From positions 1-64,000 of the IMG/VR virus record IMGVR_UViG_3300046787_000438: DNA of 64,000 bases. The stretch is one strand, 5' to 3'. This DNA comes from a virus. The notes below the pieces were generated by a model. That model was not told where the DNA came from, did no database searches, and saw nothing but the letters and a program-made list of their open reading frames with translations. Both the position numbers and the translations under genes were made by a program. Position 1 is the first letter of the stretch. Each line of letters starts with the position of its first letter. Positions 48,231 through 57,332 of this stretch are shown here, piece by piece.

Positions 48231-48962
48231 TTAGTACTTTAGTTTGTAGTCTTCGACAACTTGAGAAACTCTTTGGTTTACACCGTCTCTATCGTGATAG
48301 TCAGTCATTACAACTACGGCATATTTGGTACCCTCTATCATTTCTTTAGAGGCATGTTCATAAATAAATGTAGAGGGGAATATTGCGATATCTCCCTGTT
48401 TCGGCTTTAAGTCTACACCGAATCTAGGGAACCAGAGCTCTCCACCTTCGTAATTATCATTTAGATATATAACGGCAGATATTGTTGCTACATATGTTGG
48501 CCCGTGATCAGCGTGAATTCTAAACTGGGTACCAGCCCCCTCGTACTTTACAAAATTAAACGCTTCGTAAGCTCGGATTCCTACGCCCCAGTAGGCTCCG
48601 TAGTCGTCGACGCACATACGTAACTTCTGAAAAATTTCTTCGTGGAGATCGTAAAGAGCGGAGTTCTCGGGGGTTCTAGGCCCTAAGTTGTTACTCGAAA
48701 CCTTAAAGTCCTGAGCTTTTCTGGCGTAGTTATCCACCTCAGCGGAGTTAGAAACTTTGGCATTGCTCCACTCAAACTGAGTGCTGCCATCTAAATTAGC
48801 CTCTAACTGAGATATGTACCTATCGCAATCGGCTGGTGATATAGCGTTTCTATAGACGTTTATACCCAGCGCTGGGTTGAGGACTGACATGTGCCCTAGT
48901 TGGCGGTCTGCCATTCTAGAGGATGCAGTCTCTGATCTATCTTTAGTGAACCATATATTCAT
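48231..48962 (-). CDS. Fe(II)/2OG oxygenase, prolyl 4-hydroxylase-like (Lys-type)
   Basis: HAD, YEGGE, HASKEMIEGTK. Confidence 0.9.
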   Translation of the reverse strand: MNIWFTKDRSETASSRMADRQLGHMSVLNPALGINVYRNAISPADCDRYISQLEANLDGSTQFEWSNAKVSNSAEVDNYARKAQDFKVSSNNLGPRTPENSALYDLHEEIFQKLRMCVDDYGAYWGVGIRAYEAFNFVKYEGAGTQFRIHADHGPTYVATISAVIYLNDNYEGGELWFPRFGVDLKPKQGDIAIFPSTFIYEHASKEMIEGTKYAVVVMTDYHDRDGVNQRVSQVVEDYKLKY

Positions 48963-48983
48963 AGTAGATATCCTACTACAGAT

Positions 48984-49016
48984 AAAAAGAAAAGCGGCTA
49001 GATTTCTCTAGCCGCT
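48984..49016 (-). terminator. Rho-independent terminator after the PPFF/FN3 gene
   Basis: AGCGGCTAGA-GAAA-TCTAGCCGCT followed by TTTCTTTTT on the - strand. Confidence 0.85.
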
Positions 49017-49031
49017 ATCTCTTTTTGGAGA

Positions 49032-49925
49032 CTACTTATCGTCGTCTTCCTTCAACTCTTCCCATGATTCCCATGGGATTGAGTAAGCGAAGTAAGGAGG
49101 GAAGAAAGGAGGGAAGAATGGTGGGAAGAACGGGAAGAAAGGAGGGAAGAATGGTGGGAAGAACGGTGGGAAGAAAGGAGGGAAGAACGGGAAGAAAGGA
49201 GGGAAGAATGGTGGGAAGAACGGGAAGAAAGGAGGGAAGAAGGGAGGGAAGAACGGGAAGAAAGGAGGGAAGAATGGAGGGAAGAACGGTGGGAAGAATG
49301 GTGGGAGCGTAGTTACGTTGCCTGACAGATCTGATGCAGCGGAATTACCGTTAGCATTAGTTGCAATAACGCTGTACTGCTGCGCTGTATTCATTTCCTG
49401 CGGGACAGTTATTGATGTAACAGTTGAAGCAACTGTATTTCCCTTAGCATCTGTTGATGCCCAGGTGTAGCTAGAAATAGCTTTTCCACCGTCATTTGGT
49501 GCTGTCCAAGAGACAGAGTCTTGGTCTGGCACTGTTGATGATGCTGTAGGAGCTGCGGGCTTTGCTGGAACTGTTGTTACAGTTCTAGCTGGTGCGGCCG
49601 TGCCTGGTGAGGTACCAGCCGCATTAGATAGTTTGACAGTAGCAGTGACTGAAGAATTGCTGGCTAGCCCTGTGACTGTAGCTGTATATGTACCGCTAGC
49701 TGGTGTGGGAAGGGCCCCACTACCTATGGTCGTACCAGCCGCATTACTTACTATATAGTTAGTGGGTGCAGGGGATAGAGCATTAATTGTCCAGGTAATT
49801 GTAAGTGCACCGTCATTGAAGGCACGGTCAGTGCCTACATCAGTTGCAGTTACATTTTCTGGGGCCATAGGCTCCAGGAAGTCATTTTGAGCAGCGGAAC
49901 GGCCGCCAGCCTCTTTCTTTGCCAT
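49032..49925 (-). CDS. Two-FN3-domain protein with a C-terminal poly(PPFF) tract and acidic tail
   Basis: FN3 motifs (AP.NVTA..ITW; VSWTAPNDGG..I.SY..YSV.ATN.NG.S); 72-aa PPFF tract. Confidence 0.88.
   Translation of the reverse strand: MAKKEAGGRSAAQNDFLEPMAPENVTATDVGTDRAFNDGALTITWTINALSPAPTNYIVSNAAGTTIGSGALPTPASGTYTATVTGLASNSSVTATVKLSNAAGTSPGTAAPARTVTTVPAKPAAPTASSTVPDQDSVSWTAPNDGGKAISSYTWASTDAKGNTVASTVTSITVPQEMNTAQQYSVIATNANGNSAASDLSGNVTTLPPFFPPFFPPFFPPFFPFFPPFFPPFFPFFPPFFPPFFPFFPPFFPPFFPPFFPPFFPFFPPFFPPFFPPYFAYSIPWESWEELKEDDDK
49089..49304 (-). repeat. Coding (PPFF/PFF)n repeat, 19 units
   Basis: 15 four-residue plus 4 three-residue units; synonymous codon variation. Confidence 0.95.
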
Positions 49926-49943
49926 TTCTTATCTCCCTAAGTA

Positions 49944-52424
49944 CTAAGCAGTCAGGTCGCCGTAGACGATCCAGGTGTTAGCAGCTCTCTTTAATAGTGT
50001 AGCAGATGACCAGCGGGTGCGTAGTTTCAGTCCAGGGGTTGCGTTAACGGTAACTCCGTCAGCTCCAGCAATAGTCACTTGGCCAGTATTTGTCTGAATA
50101 ATGTCGATGCTAGTACCGACTGGGTAGGCTACAGATGAATCTAGAGGGATCGTGATAGTTGTTGCTGATGTATTTGACACCTCGATGATATCATCACGTA
50201 GCCCTAAGTTATCTAGGGTATAGCTAGCGGTCTTATAGATGAAACTAGAGATTGAAGGAACGCCAGCTGAACTCTGCTGAGTTCCGTCATTGAAGGCTAC
50301 AAACCCAGTAGAAACCCCTGCGTTGGCTATAACATTTTGAGCTTCGATGCTTGCAAAAGAGAAAGATGCATCAGCTGTGTCAATGTAAAGTGACTCGTCT
50401 GGCTCTGGAACATAATTGTCAAAGAACTTAAATCGGCCATCAGTAGCATCTCGGAACATGCCAGTGTGTGCATAGGTACCGCTAGCATAACGTCCAGCGG
50501 CCCAACCTAGGTCTGGATCGGTACTAACTCTAGCTCTAGCAGCTCCACCAGTGAGGTAGGTGTCAGTTACTGTACTTGCTACAGTAAATGTATTCGCTGT
50601 CACCTCTAAAATCTGTGCGCCAGGTGCTGCTATATCAAATGAGCTAGGAGAGGAATCCGTTATGACAACATAGTGTCCAGCAGCATACCCGTGGTTTGCA
50701 ATAGTCTCGTATACAACGTAGGTACCGTCCCCTATAGCACTATTAATTCCGTTTAGGCCAGGGTTATTCAGGTAAATCATGTTGTCTTGTACAGCAAGAT
50801 TTGCTGTGTTAACGGTGGTTGTTGTACCTACAACATATAGATCACCAGTGATAGTGACATTTGTTGCCTCTACATCTCCAGTAAAAATTGCACCATCTAG
50901 ATTTGCCTTGGCATCTAGTGCACCCTGGGTAGCTATAGATACTGGCTTGTCAGCATCTGAAGTGTTGTCAACATCACCAAGGCCGACCATTGACTTTGTG
51001 ATACCAGAGGTTGTACCAGTAAAGGTAGCATTTGCAGTAGGTGCTTTAGCGTCAATCTGGGTCTGAATAGCTGAAGTAACACCATTCAAATAGCCGATCT
51101 CTACGTTAGAGGTGTCACCAATTGAAGTAGTTGATGGTAGCACTACGGTACCAGTGAATGTCGGTGCAGCTAATGGTGCATAAGTAGTTGCTGCAGTAGC
51201 AGATGCAAGTTTTGCATCTAACTGAGTCTGGATAGCTCCAGTAACCCCATTTACGTAGCTGAGCTCGGTCCCAGATACGTCACCAATTGAAGTAGTTGAT
51301 GGTAGCACTACGGTACCAGTGAAGCTAGGACCTTCTAATTGAGCATAAGCTTCTAGGTCCGAGGCAATAACCAGAGTGCTAGTATCTGCAATGCCGTGAA
51401 CATTGGTGGTATCATCTGAGTGCGCTGCCAAGATAGATGTAGTAACTAGATCTGCAGTATTGGCAATACCGTGAACATTGGTGGTGTCAACGTTGTGGGT
51501 ATTAATTGCTGAATTCAAGTCAGCTGTCACCACTAGGTCAGCAACGCTAGCGATACCGTGGACTCCAGAAGTTAGAGCTTCGTGACTACTTAGTGTATTT
51601 GCAACGTCTGAAGCTGCGTCTAAGGCACCAGCAATATCAGTCTGATATGCCAAGTTTGCAGTATTAGAGATACCATGAACGTTTGTATCCAAGTTCTCGT
51701 GGTCGTTCATTAGGTTGTCAGCATATGATTTACCAACAAAATCCAAGCTGTTATAGTGTGTAACCCCGTCACCAACACGCACAAAACCAGCGTGGTCGCT
51801 TTCGATGTATAAAGTATTTGCGGCAGTTACTACGTTTGCAGTTGCAAAATTAGCAGCAGTGTCGATTACAAAGTTAATTTTGCCACCAAGCGAAGTAGCC
51901 ATAGTGGTTGCAAAATTAGGGTCATCAGAAAGAGCTGCTGCAAGCTCATTTAGAGTATTTAAGGTTCCTGGGGACGAATCTATTAGATTAGCAACAGCGG
52001 TATCAGTGTATGAAGCGGCATTAGCCTGAGCCGCATTTGCCTTGTTCTGAGCACCAGTCTGAGTTTCTAGAGCTGCAGTGTCTGCAATTCCATGTACATT
52101 TGTAGCGTCATCTATATGAGCGTCCAATGTTGATAGCCCAGCTGTGACAGTATTGCCGAAGTTAGCGTCGCCACCGATAGACGCAGCTAGCTCGGCTAGG
52201 GTGTCCAAAGTCTCTGGGGCAAGACCCACTACATCAGCAAGCGCATTGTCTACATATGACTGGCTAATTGCGCTATATGCAAGTGCACCCCAGTTATCAG
52301 TAGCATTACCAATCTTAAATGCACCAGTATCTGACTCATAACCTAATTCACCAGCTGCTAGTACTGGATTGGCGCTTGCCCATTCTGCAGCGGTGCCGCG
52401 TCTGAACTGAATTCTAATTGCCAT
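49944..52424 (-). CDS. Fibre protein with an Mtd_N/hyaluronidase-type N-terminal domain
   Basis: IQFRRGTAAEW..ANPVL..GE.G.E.DTG.FKIG; APETLDTL.ELA and NVHGI repeats. Confidence 0.85.
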   Translation of the reverse strand: MAIRIQFRRGTAAEWASANPVLAAGELGYESDTGAFKIGNATDNWGALAYSAISQSYVDNALADVVGLAPETLDTLAELAASIGGDANFGNTVTAGLSTLDAHIDDATNVHGIADTAALETQTGAQNKANAAQANAASYTDTAVANLIDSSPGTLNTLNELAAALSDDPNFATTMATSLGGKINFVIDTAANFATANVVTAANTLYIESDHAGFVRVGDGVTHYNSLDFVGKSYADNLMNDHENLDTNVHGISNTANLAYQTDIAGALDAASDVANTLSSHEALTSGVHGIASVADLVVTADLNSAINTHNVDTTNVHGIANTADLVTTSILAAHSDDTTNVHGIADTSTLVIASDLEAYAQLEGPSFTGTVVLPSTTSIGDVSGTELSYVNGVTGAIQTQLDAKLASATAATTYAPLAAPTFTGTVVLPSTTSIGDTSNVEIGYLNGVTSAIQTQIDAKAPTANATFTGTTSGITKSMVGLGDVDNTSDADKPVSIATQGALDAKANLDGAIFTGDVEATNVTITGDLYVVGTTTTVNTANLAVQDNMIYLNNPGLNGINSAIGDGTYVVYETIANHGYAAGHYVVITDSSPSSFDIAAPGAQILEVTANTFTVASTVTDTYLTGGAARARVSTDPDLGWAAGRYASGTYAHTGMFRDATDGRFKFFDNYVPEPDESLYIDTADASFSFASIEAQNVIANAGVSTGFVAFNDGTQQSSAGVPSISSFIYKTASYTLDNLGLRDDIIEVSNTSATTITIPLDSSVAYPVGTSIDIIQTNTGQVTIAGADGVTVNATPGLKLRTRWSSATLLKRAANTWIVYGDLTA

Positions 52425-52445
52425 CTGTCTTATTCCTTATATACT

Positions 52446-52673
52446 CTAGAAGCTGGAGGGGTTTCCGCCGTCGTAATTGATGTTGTACGAGCTAGCCGCA
52501 TTCCCACCATCGACGTTTGTGATGTCTGAAGCTGTCATAGAAACCCATGCTGACCCATCGTAGGTATACATAGCTCCTAAGTCAGATCTAAAGAAAAGGT
52601 CACCAGAAGATGCCTGAACTGGATACTCTGTTCCGTTAACGATGTTAATCGGGGAGAGAAACTTCTTTGCCAT
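52446..52673 (-). CDS. Small fibre-linker protein
   Basis: MAKKFL N-terminus, GDLFF..Y.YDG..W, C-terminal DGG motifs; RBS AAGGAAAAGG. Confidence 0.7.
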   Translation of the reverse strand: MAKKFLSPINIVNGTEYPVQASSGDLFFRSDLGAMYTYDGSAWVSMTASDITNVDGGNAASSYNINYDGGNPSSF

Positions 52674-52703
52674 TTAAGTGACCTTTTCCTTAGTCTGTCT
52701 AAA

Positions 52704-52712
52704 TATTTTACT
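52704..52712 (-). promoter_or_regulatory. AGTAAAATA promoter-motif variant
   Basis: About 31 nt upstream of the ATG at 52673. Confidence 0.4.
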
Positions 52713-52713
52713 A

Positions 52714-55113
52714 TTAACCGATTACTACTACACGGTAGCTGTCTGCTGAAACAGTAGACGAAGCAATCCATGAGATAGTCACCGCGTTGGTGCTTGTCAC
52801 CATTACATCAGCCTCTACTAGCGAGTTATCGGCTAGATCGCGGATCTGAACGGTTACATCAAGAGTACCAATACCGTGAGTCACGGTCCAGGTGACAACA
52901 CCAGCCGACGGGGTCAAGCTTGAGTTATTCTCTGAGTACTTAGTAGTTGCAGCAAGGTTAGCGCGTGCACCAGCAGCAGTTGTTGCTCCAGTACCACCGT
53001 TAGCAATTGCTACGGTTCCGTTCACATTGTCAGCATTTCCAGAAATGTCACCAGAGATGTCTTCACCAGGAATAGATGCTACAGATGTAAGGAATCCACC
53101 TTCACCTCCACCAACTAGGTATGAACCTGAGGTGAAGAAGGTGTTTCCAGTACCACCGTGTGATACAGGGATGGTAGAGCCATTCCAGACACCAGTTGTG
53201 ATGGTTCCAACAGTATCGATCGAGGTCTGACCAGCATAGTCAGAAGCAATCGAGATACCGTTTACATCAACAGTAATTCCAGATCCAGCGTCAGCCGAGA
53301 TTGAAGTACCAGAGATATTTACACCACTACCTGCAGTGTACTGACCAGCTGCAGAGAACTGAGTCCAGGTAGCGCCAGACATCCCCGAGTAGGCCGTTAC
53401 AATGTATCCGCGGGCCTGGTTGGTTCCTAGCTCAACGAATACAAAGTCGCCAACTTCAGGAGTTTGCTGATCGTCAGCTGCAATGAGCATTGACATGGCA
53501 GGCCCAGCCGCTGAGTCGTATACGTAGATTCCGTTATACAGACCCATGCCGCCAGCTTGGTTCTTAACAAGAACGCGGTCGCCATCTTGCAGTGTTATTC
53601 CGTCAATAGCACTATCGCGGAATGGAGCACTTAGAGAGCTAGTTGTAGCTACCTTTACAGAATCTTTAACATTCAGACCCTGTGAGGCGGCCGAGATCTC
53701 GCCACGAAGAGTAGAGAGAACTACGTCATCTGCAGCATTGAAGTCGGAGGTTAGGCTGGTCTCGAGTGCATCTAGGCCAGAGGTTAGGTCAGAAGCTACG
53801 TTGCTGATGTCAGTGGTTAGACCAGAAGCTACAGTGTTTGTGTAGTCCTTCGAGGTCTGAATCGCATTGCTGATGTCAGTTCCAAGGCCGCTAACAGAGC
53901 TAGTAACGGTGTTAGATAGGTCTGAAATGTCTCCAGCTAGACCCTGATCTGCAAGTTCGAAAGCTGAAGTTACGTTAGTACCAATAGCATTTGCGTAGTT
54001 CTTGTATGCAGTCTCAGTTGCTGAGGACGCGCTTGAAACCGCTGAGTCAGTGTAGTCATTTGCATTAGATTCAGCAGTTGCAGCTGAGCCAGAAGCGTCA
54101 TACCACGAGTCAGTAGCATTTCGATCGATTTCTACCTCATTGGTAGAGCCAATCTTAAGGCCATTTCCAGTATCGACGTTCAGTACGCTGTTAGTTACGG
54201 TCAGACCGTCGCCAGATGAGGTAGCAAAGATACCTGCTACAGCGTTGTCGATATCGCTCTGTAGTCCAGTAGCTACACCATCAACGTATGAGACGGCATT
54301 GCTGTAAGCAACTCCTGCAGCATCGGCGATATCGGTAGATAGGCCAGAGGCTACGGTGTTTGTGTAGTCCTTTGCATCCGACAAAGCCGAGGCAGCTGCG
54401 CCTGATGCATCGTAAGTCCCTGAGGTAACCGAGATGGTGTCAGAATCAATTGTGATTCCTGTACCTGCAGTTAGAGTATTCTGCTTGCCAGAGATCATGG
54501 CGGCAATGTCAGTTGCATAGTTCGGGTTATCTGCAAGTGCAGCAGCGAGCTCATTTAGAGTGTTCAGAAGTGCAGGTGCACCATCAACTAGGTTAGCTAC
54601 CGCAGTGTCGGTGTAGTCATTGGCATCTGAAAGAGCAGAGGCAGCAGCACCAGCAGCATCGTAGTTAGATGCTAGGCCATCTGCGTAGCTCTTAGCGTTA
54701 TTTTCTGCAGTTGTTGCAGCACCAGCAGCATCGTAGTTAGATGCTAGGCCATCTGCGTAGCTCTTAGCGTTATTTTCTGCAGTTGTTGCAGCACCAGCAG
54801 CATCGTAGTTAGATGCTAGGCCATCTGCATAAGCTTCTGCATTTGCCTGAGCAGTTGAGGCAGATCCAATTGCATCGTAAGTATTAGCTAGATCAAGTGC
54901 AGTGATTGCAGCATTGATTGCTTCGGTAACATTACCGCCCGCAGCAAGGGCAACCCAGGACGTACCGTCATAGTATTTTAGAGCTGAATCTACGGTGTTG
55001 TAGTAGATCTGACCTACAACAGGCGAAGAGGGAGCTGTTGCAAGGTTTTGAATCCTTGCATTCTGAAGCTCGTTTTTATTGAGGTTCAGGTTCGTTAAGA
55101 ACTGCTTTGCCAT
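52714..55113 (-). CDS. Fibre protein (coiled-coil/beta repeats)
   Basis: MAKQFL N-terminus, YDAAGAA repeats, [21 protein letters not shown]; C-terminal TH.IG domain. Confidence 0.85.
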   Translation of the reverse strand: MAKQFLTNLNLNKNELQNARIQNLATAPSSPVVGQIYYNTVDSALKYYDGTSWVALAAGGNVTEAINAAITALDLANTYDAIGSASTAQANAEAYADGLASNYDAAGAATTAENNAKSYADGLASNYDAAGAATTAENNAKSYADGLASNYDAAGAAASALSDANDYTDTAVANLVDGAPALLNTLNELAAALADNPNYATDIAAMISGKQNTLTAGTGITIDSDTISVTSGTYDASGAAASALSDAKDYTNTVASGLSTDIADAAGVAYSNAVSYVDGVATGLQSDIDNAVAGIFATSSGDGLTVTNSVLNVDTGNGLKIGSTNEVEIDRNATDSWYDASGSAATAESNANDYTDSAVSSASSATETAYKNYANAIGTNVTSAFELADQGLAGDISDLSNTVTSSVSGLGTDISNAIQTSKDYTNTVASGLTTDISNVASDLTSGLDALETSLTSDFNAADDVVLSTLRGEISAASQGLNVKDSVKVATTSSLSAPFRDSAIDGITLQDGDRVLVKNQAGGMGLYNGIYVYDSAAGPAMSMLIAADDQQTPEVGDFVFVELGTNQARGYIVTAYSGMSGATWTQFSAAGQYTAGSGVNISGTSISADAGSGITVDVNGISIASDYAGQTSIDTVGTITTGVWNGSTIPVSHGGTGNTFFTSGSYLVGGGEGGFLTSVASIPGEDISGDISGNADNVNGTVAIANGGTGATTAAGARANLAATTKYSENNSSLTPSAGVVTWTVTHGIGTLDVTVQIRDLADNSLVEADVMVTSTNAVTISWIASSTVSADSYRVVVIG
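54644..54828. repeat. Perfect 72-bp tandem repeat (about 2.6 copies)
   Basis: Unit encodes [24 protein letters not shown]; copies start at 54644, 54716 and 54788. Confidence 0.9.
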
Positions 55114-55123
55114 TTGTTATTCC

Positions 55124-55498
55124 TTAGGAGAGGTATGCGGTGCCAGAAATGGCAACCGAGAAGGTGATTGTTAGGTTATTTGTGTCTTGGTGCTCGATAG
55201 CTCCCTCTACAACATCGCCAGAACTCATAAAGATCGTGACAGCGGGGTAGAAGCCTAGGTTGTGTTCAATTGTCCAGACGGTACTATCTGCACCCTGTAC
55301 GTGAGAGTACGACACTAGAGGAATGAGCGCCTCTGAATCTACCCCTGTGTATGGAAGAGTGTTCCATGTATTGGTACCAGTACCGATTTTCATCTTATTG
55401 GTATCAATTTCAACGCCAAGTTCTCCCTTGGCAAGAGTCGGGTTAGCTGCGGTCCAGTTGGCCGCGGTGTCATTTCGTAGTTGTATTTGAACTGCCAT
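55124..55498 (-). CDS. Mtd_N-domain fibre-linker protein
   Basis: IQLRNDTAANW...NP.L..GE.G.E.DT.K.KIG plus a C-terminal WTI.HNLG domain. Confidence 0.8.
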   Translation of the reverse strand: MAVQIQLRNDTAANWTAANPTLAKGELGVEIDTNKMKIGTGTNTWNTLPYTGVDSEALIPLVSYSHVQGADSTVWTIEHNLGFYPAVTIFMSSGDVVEGAIEHQDTNNLTITFSVAISGTAYLS

Positions 55499-55519
55499 AA
55501 TTACGCCTTAAGTTTATTG

Positions 55520-56317
55520 CTAGAATTCGCTAGCTGACCCACCATTAATTGTACCTGAAATGCTAGAGGCTGAGATTCCTATCTCTAGCGTTGATTTGTT
55601 TATCCACTTAGAAATTTCAGGATCATATATAAGAACCTGACCGTTGCCTAGATCGGTAAGTTGTACGTCTGTAAGCTCTGTCATTGCTACGTCTTGTACT
55701 GCTTCGGGGTCTACCCATTCGGTAGCATAATTTGCCGAGCCAGTCTTTCTTAGTATCTGACCAGCAGTACCTCCAGTCGGAACTCCTGGGCCTGCTGCAC
55801 CAGTAGGACCAGTGGCACCTGGTATACCCGCATCTCCAATAGGAGAGACCATGAAAACAAGGTTGTCGTTATAGGTCCAAGATCTAGCTGTACCATCTAT
55901 GTAAGCAAGATCTAAAGTTCTCCAACCAGAAGACATTGACTGCTCTAAAACGTAGTATCTAGAGAACTTTCTAGTATTCACTGCATCTTGAATAGTTATA
56001 ACTGCCTTATAGCTGTTCGTCGATGTGATAGCAGCATCTAGTAATCCCGATTGACTATCAGTCTGACTGTCAGTCTCTGATATATAAAGAGCTGTAGCCG
56101 AGAAAATACTGGAAGCGTTGAAAGCAAGATGCCCAGCGCCTGGGTTAGCTGAGGCATAAGTATTTAAGAACTTGTACGGTGCAGACAGACCTCCCGAGAC
56201 TCCAGCATCGCCCTTGTCACCCTTAGGACCCGCGGCACCTTGAGGGCCAGACGCCGCTACTGTAACTTGACGGGCATGCTTACCTGCTGTAACGGAGCTA
56301 ACTGTGTATCCAGCCAT
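55520..56317 (-). CDS. Fibre base protein with short collagen segments
   Basis: Short G-X-Y runs, PTGGTAGQIL.K motif (shared with 37597), LTDV, C-terminal INGG. Confidence 0.75.
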   Translation of the reverse strand: MAGYTVSSVTAGKHARQVTVAASGPQGAAGPKGDKGDAGVSGGLSAPYKFLNTYASANPGAGHLAFNASSIFSATALYISETDSQTDSQSGLLDAAITSTNSYKAVITIQDAVNTRKFSRYYVLEQSMSSGWRTLDLAYIDGTARSWTYNDNLVFMVSPIGDAGIPGATGPTGAAGPGVPTGGTAGQILRKTGSANYATEWVDPEAVQDVAMTELTDVQLTDLGNGQVLIYDPEISKWINKSTLEIGISASSISGTINGGSASEF

Positions 56318-56679
56318 TATCTGGTCACCTCTGATCTAACTGCAAAGTTGCCTTGTAAAATTTTGTATACGAATAAATCTGCAGATGGCGCGACTAGCTC
56401 TAAATCGTATAAATATATTCCTTCAGAGATTGAACCCATAGTTACATCATCTACAAATAGCGCGATACTGCCATCAGTTGTCCCCAGTTCGATACCGCCA
56501 TTTTCAGTCGTAAGCTCTAGAATCAGAGACTCTCCAGAGTTATTCGACCTAACCTGCATGCGAGCTTTATATCCAGTGAATGCTATAGGCTTTTTGGCTG
56601 GATCTTTGTAGTAGATGATGCGCGAAAGTGTCGAGCCTTGATCGGCTACGATATTGTACAGTGCTGCTGGGGCGCTCAA
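56317..56679 (-). CDS. Fibre adaptor-like protein (paralog of 40458-40832)
   Basis: DQGST..GY.ARMQVR..Y.YDLE..QG.F.VR.EVT. Confidence 0.75.
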   Translation of the reverse strand: MSAPAALYNIVADQGSTLSRIIYYKDPAKKPIAFTGYKARMQVRSNNSGESLILELTTENGGIELGTTDGSIALFVDDVTMGSISEGIYLYDLELVAPSADLFVYKILQGNFAVRSEVTR

Positions 56680-56721
56680 CTGGACTCATTTCGGCTTGGA
56701 GAGTGGGAATACAGTTCACTT

Positions 56722-56730
56722 AATTGTACC
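56722..56730 (-). promoter_or_regulatory. GGTACAATT promoter motif
   Basis: About 43 nt upstream of the adaptor gene, in a divergent intergenic region. Confidence 0.45.
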
Positions 56731-56769
56731 GCATGGCTGCATCCCTTATGTTGGGGCTATACTATGTTT

Positions 56770-57000
56770 ATGGCCAGATTACTAGATGACCCAGGGGTGC
56801 TTTCCACCACCATAGATAGTGACGAAATTAAATTTTCTCACTATGCTGAATCAGTCTCGGTTACTGAAGGGTACATACTAGGTAAGCCAGTTGTTGCGAT
56901 ATGCGGTCAAATTTTTATCCCGTCTAGGGACCCTAAAAAGTTCCCAATCTGCCCGATTTGCAAAGAGATAGCCGATTCACTACTATTAGCAGAAGAATAA
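56770..57000 (+). CDS. DUF3039-like actinobacterial protein
   Basis: FSHY ... G.PVVAICG ... RDP.KFPICP.CKEI; likely leaderless ATG 6 nt after TATACT. Confidence 0.8.
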   Translation: MARLLDDPGVLSTTIDSDEIKFSHYAESVSVTEGYILGKPVVAICGQIFIPSRDPKKFPICPICKEIADSLLLAEE

Positions 57001-57114
57001 AAATCAGCTACTAGATTTTGTTCTATACTGGTTATCCAGCCAGTCCTGACGTAGGTAGTTTTCTACCAAAAAGCGTCAGGATTTCTCATCTCTACCTCGA
57101 AAGGTACCAATAAA

Positions 57115-57330
57115 ATGGTAACTGTGTACACTCTCCCATCATGTGTCCAGTGCGAAAGCACTAAGAAATACTTGACAATGAAGGACGTGACATTCGAAGT
57201 AGTCGATTTGAGTCAAGATACAGCAGCGATGGATACTGTTAAGGCTCTTGGCTACCAGGCAGCTCCAGTTGTAATTGCTGGCGACGACCACTGGTCAGGC
57301 TTCCGCCCTGATCTACTTTCTGCACTCTAA
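57115..57330 (+). CDS. nrdH: Glutaredoxin-like NrdH
   Basis: CVQC, APVV, WSGFRPD. Confidence 0.97.
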   Translation: MVTVYTLPSCVQCESTKKYLTMKDVTFEVVDLSQDTAAMDTVKALGYQAAPVVIAGDDHWSGFRPDLLSAL

Positions 57331-57332
57331 AA

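Noticed and set aside
49025-49312. + strand ORF with GRKEGRMV repeats
   Set aside because: Antisense shadow of the PPFF tract; variation in the repeat is synonymous in the - strand frame
49944-55498. Diversity-generating retroelement suggested by Mtd_N domains
   Set aside because: No reverse transcriptase and no TR/VR pair differing at adenines was seen; Mtd_N is only the N-terminal structural domain
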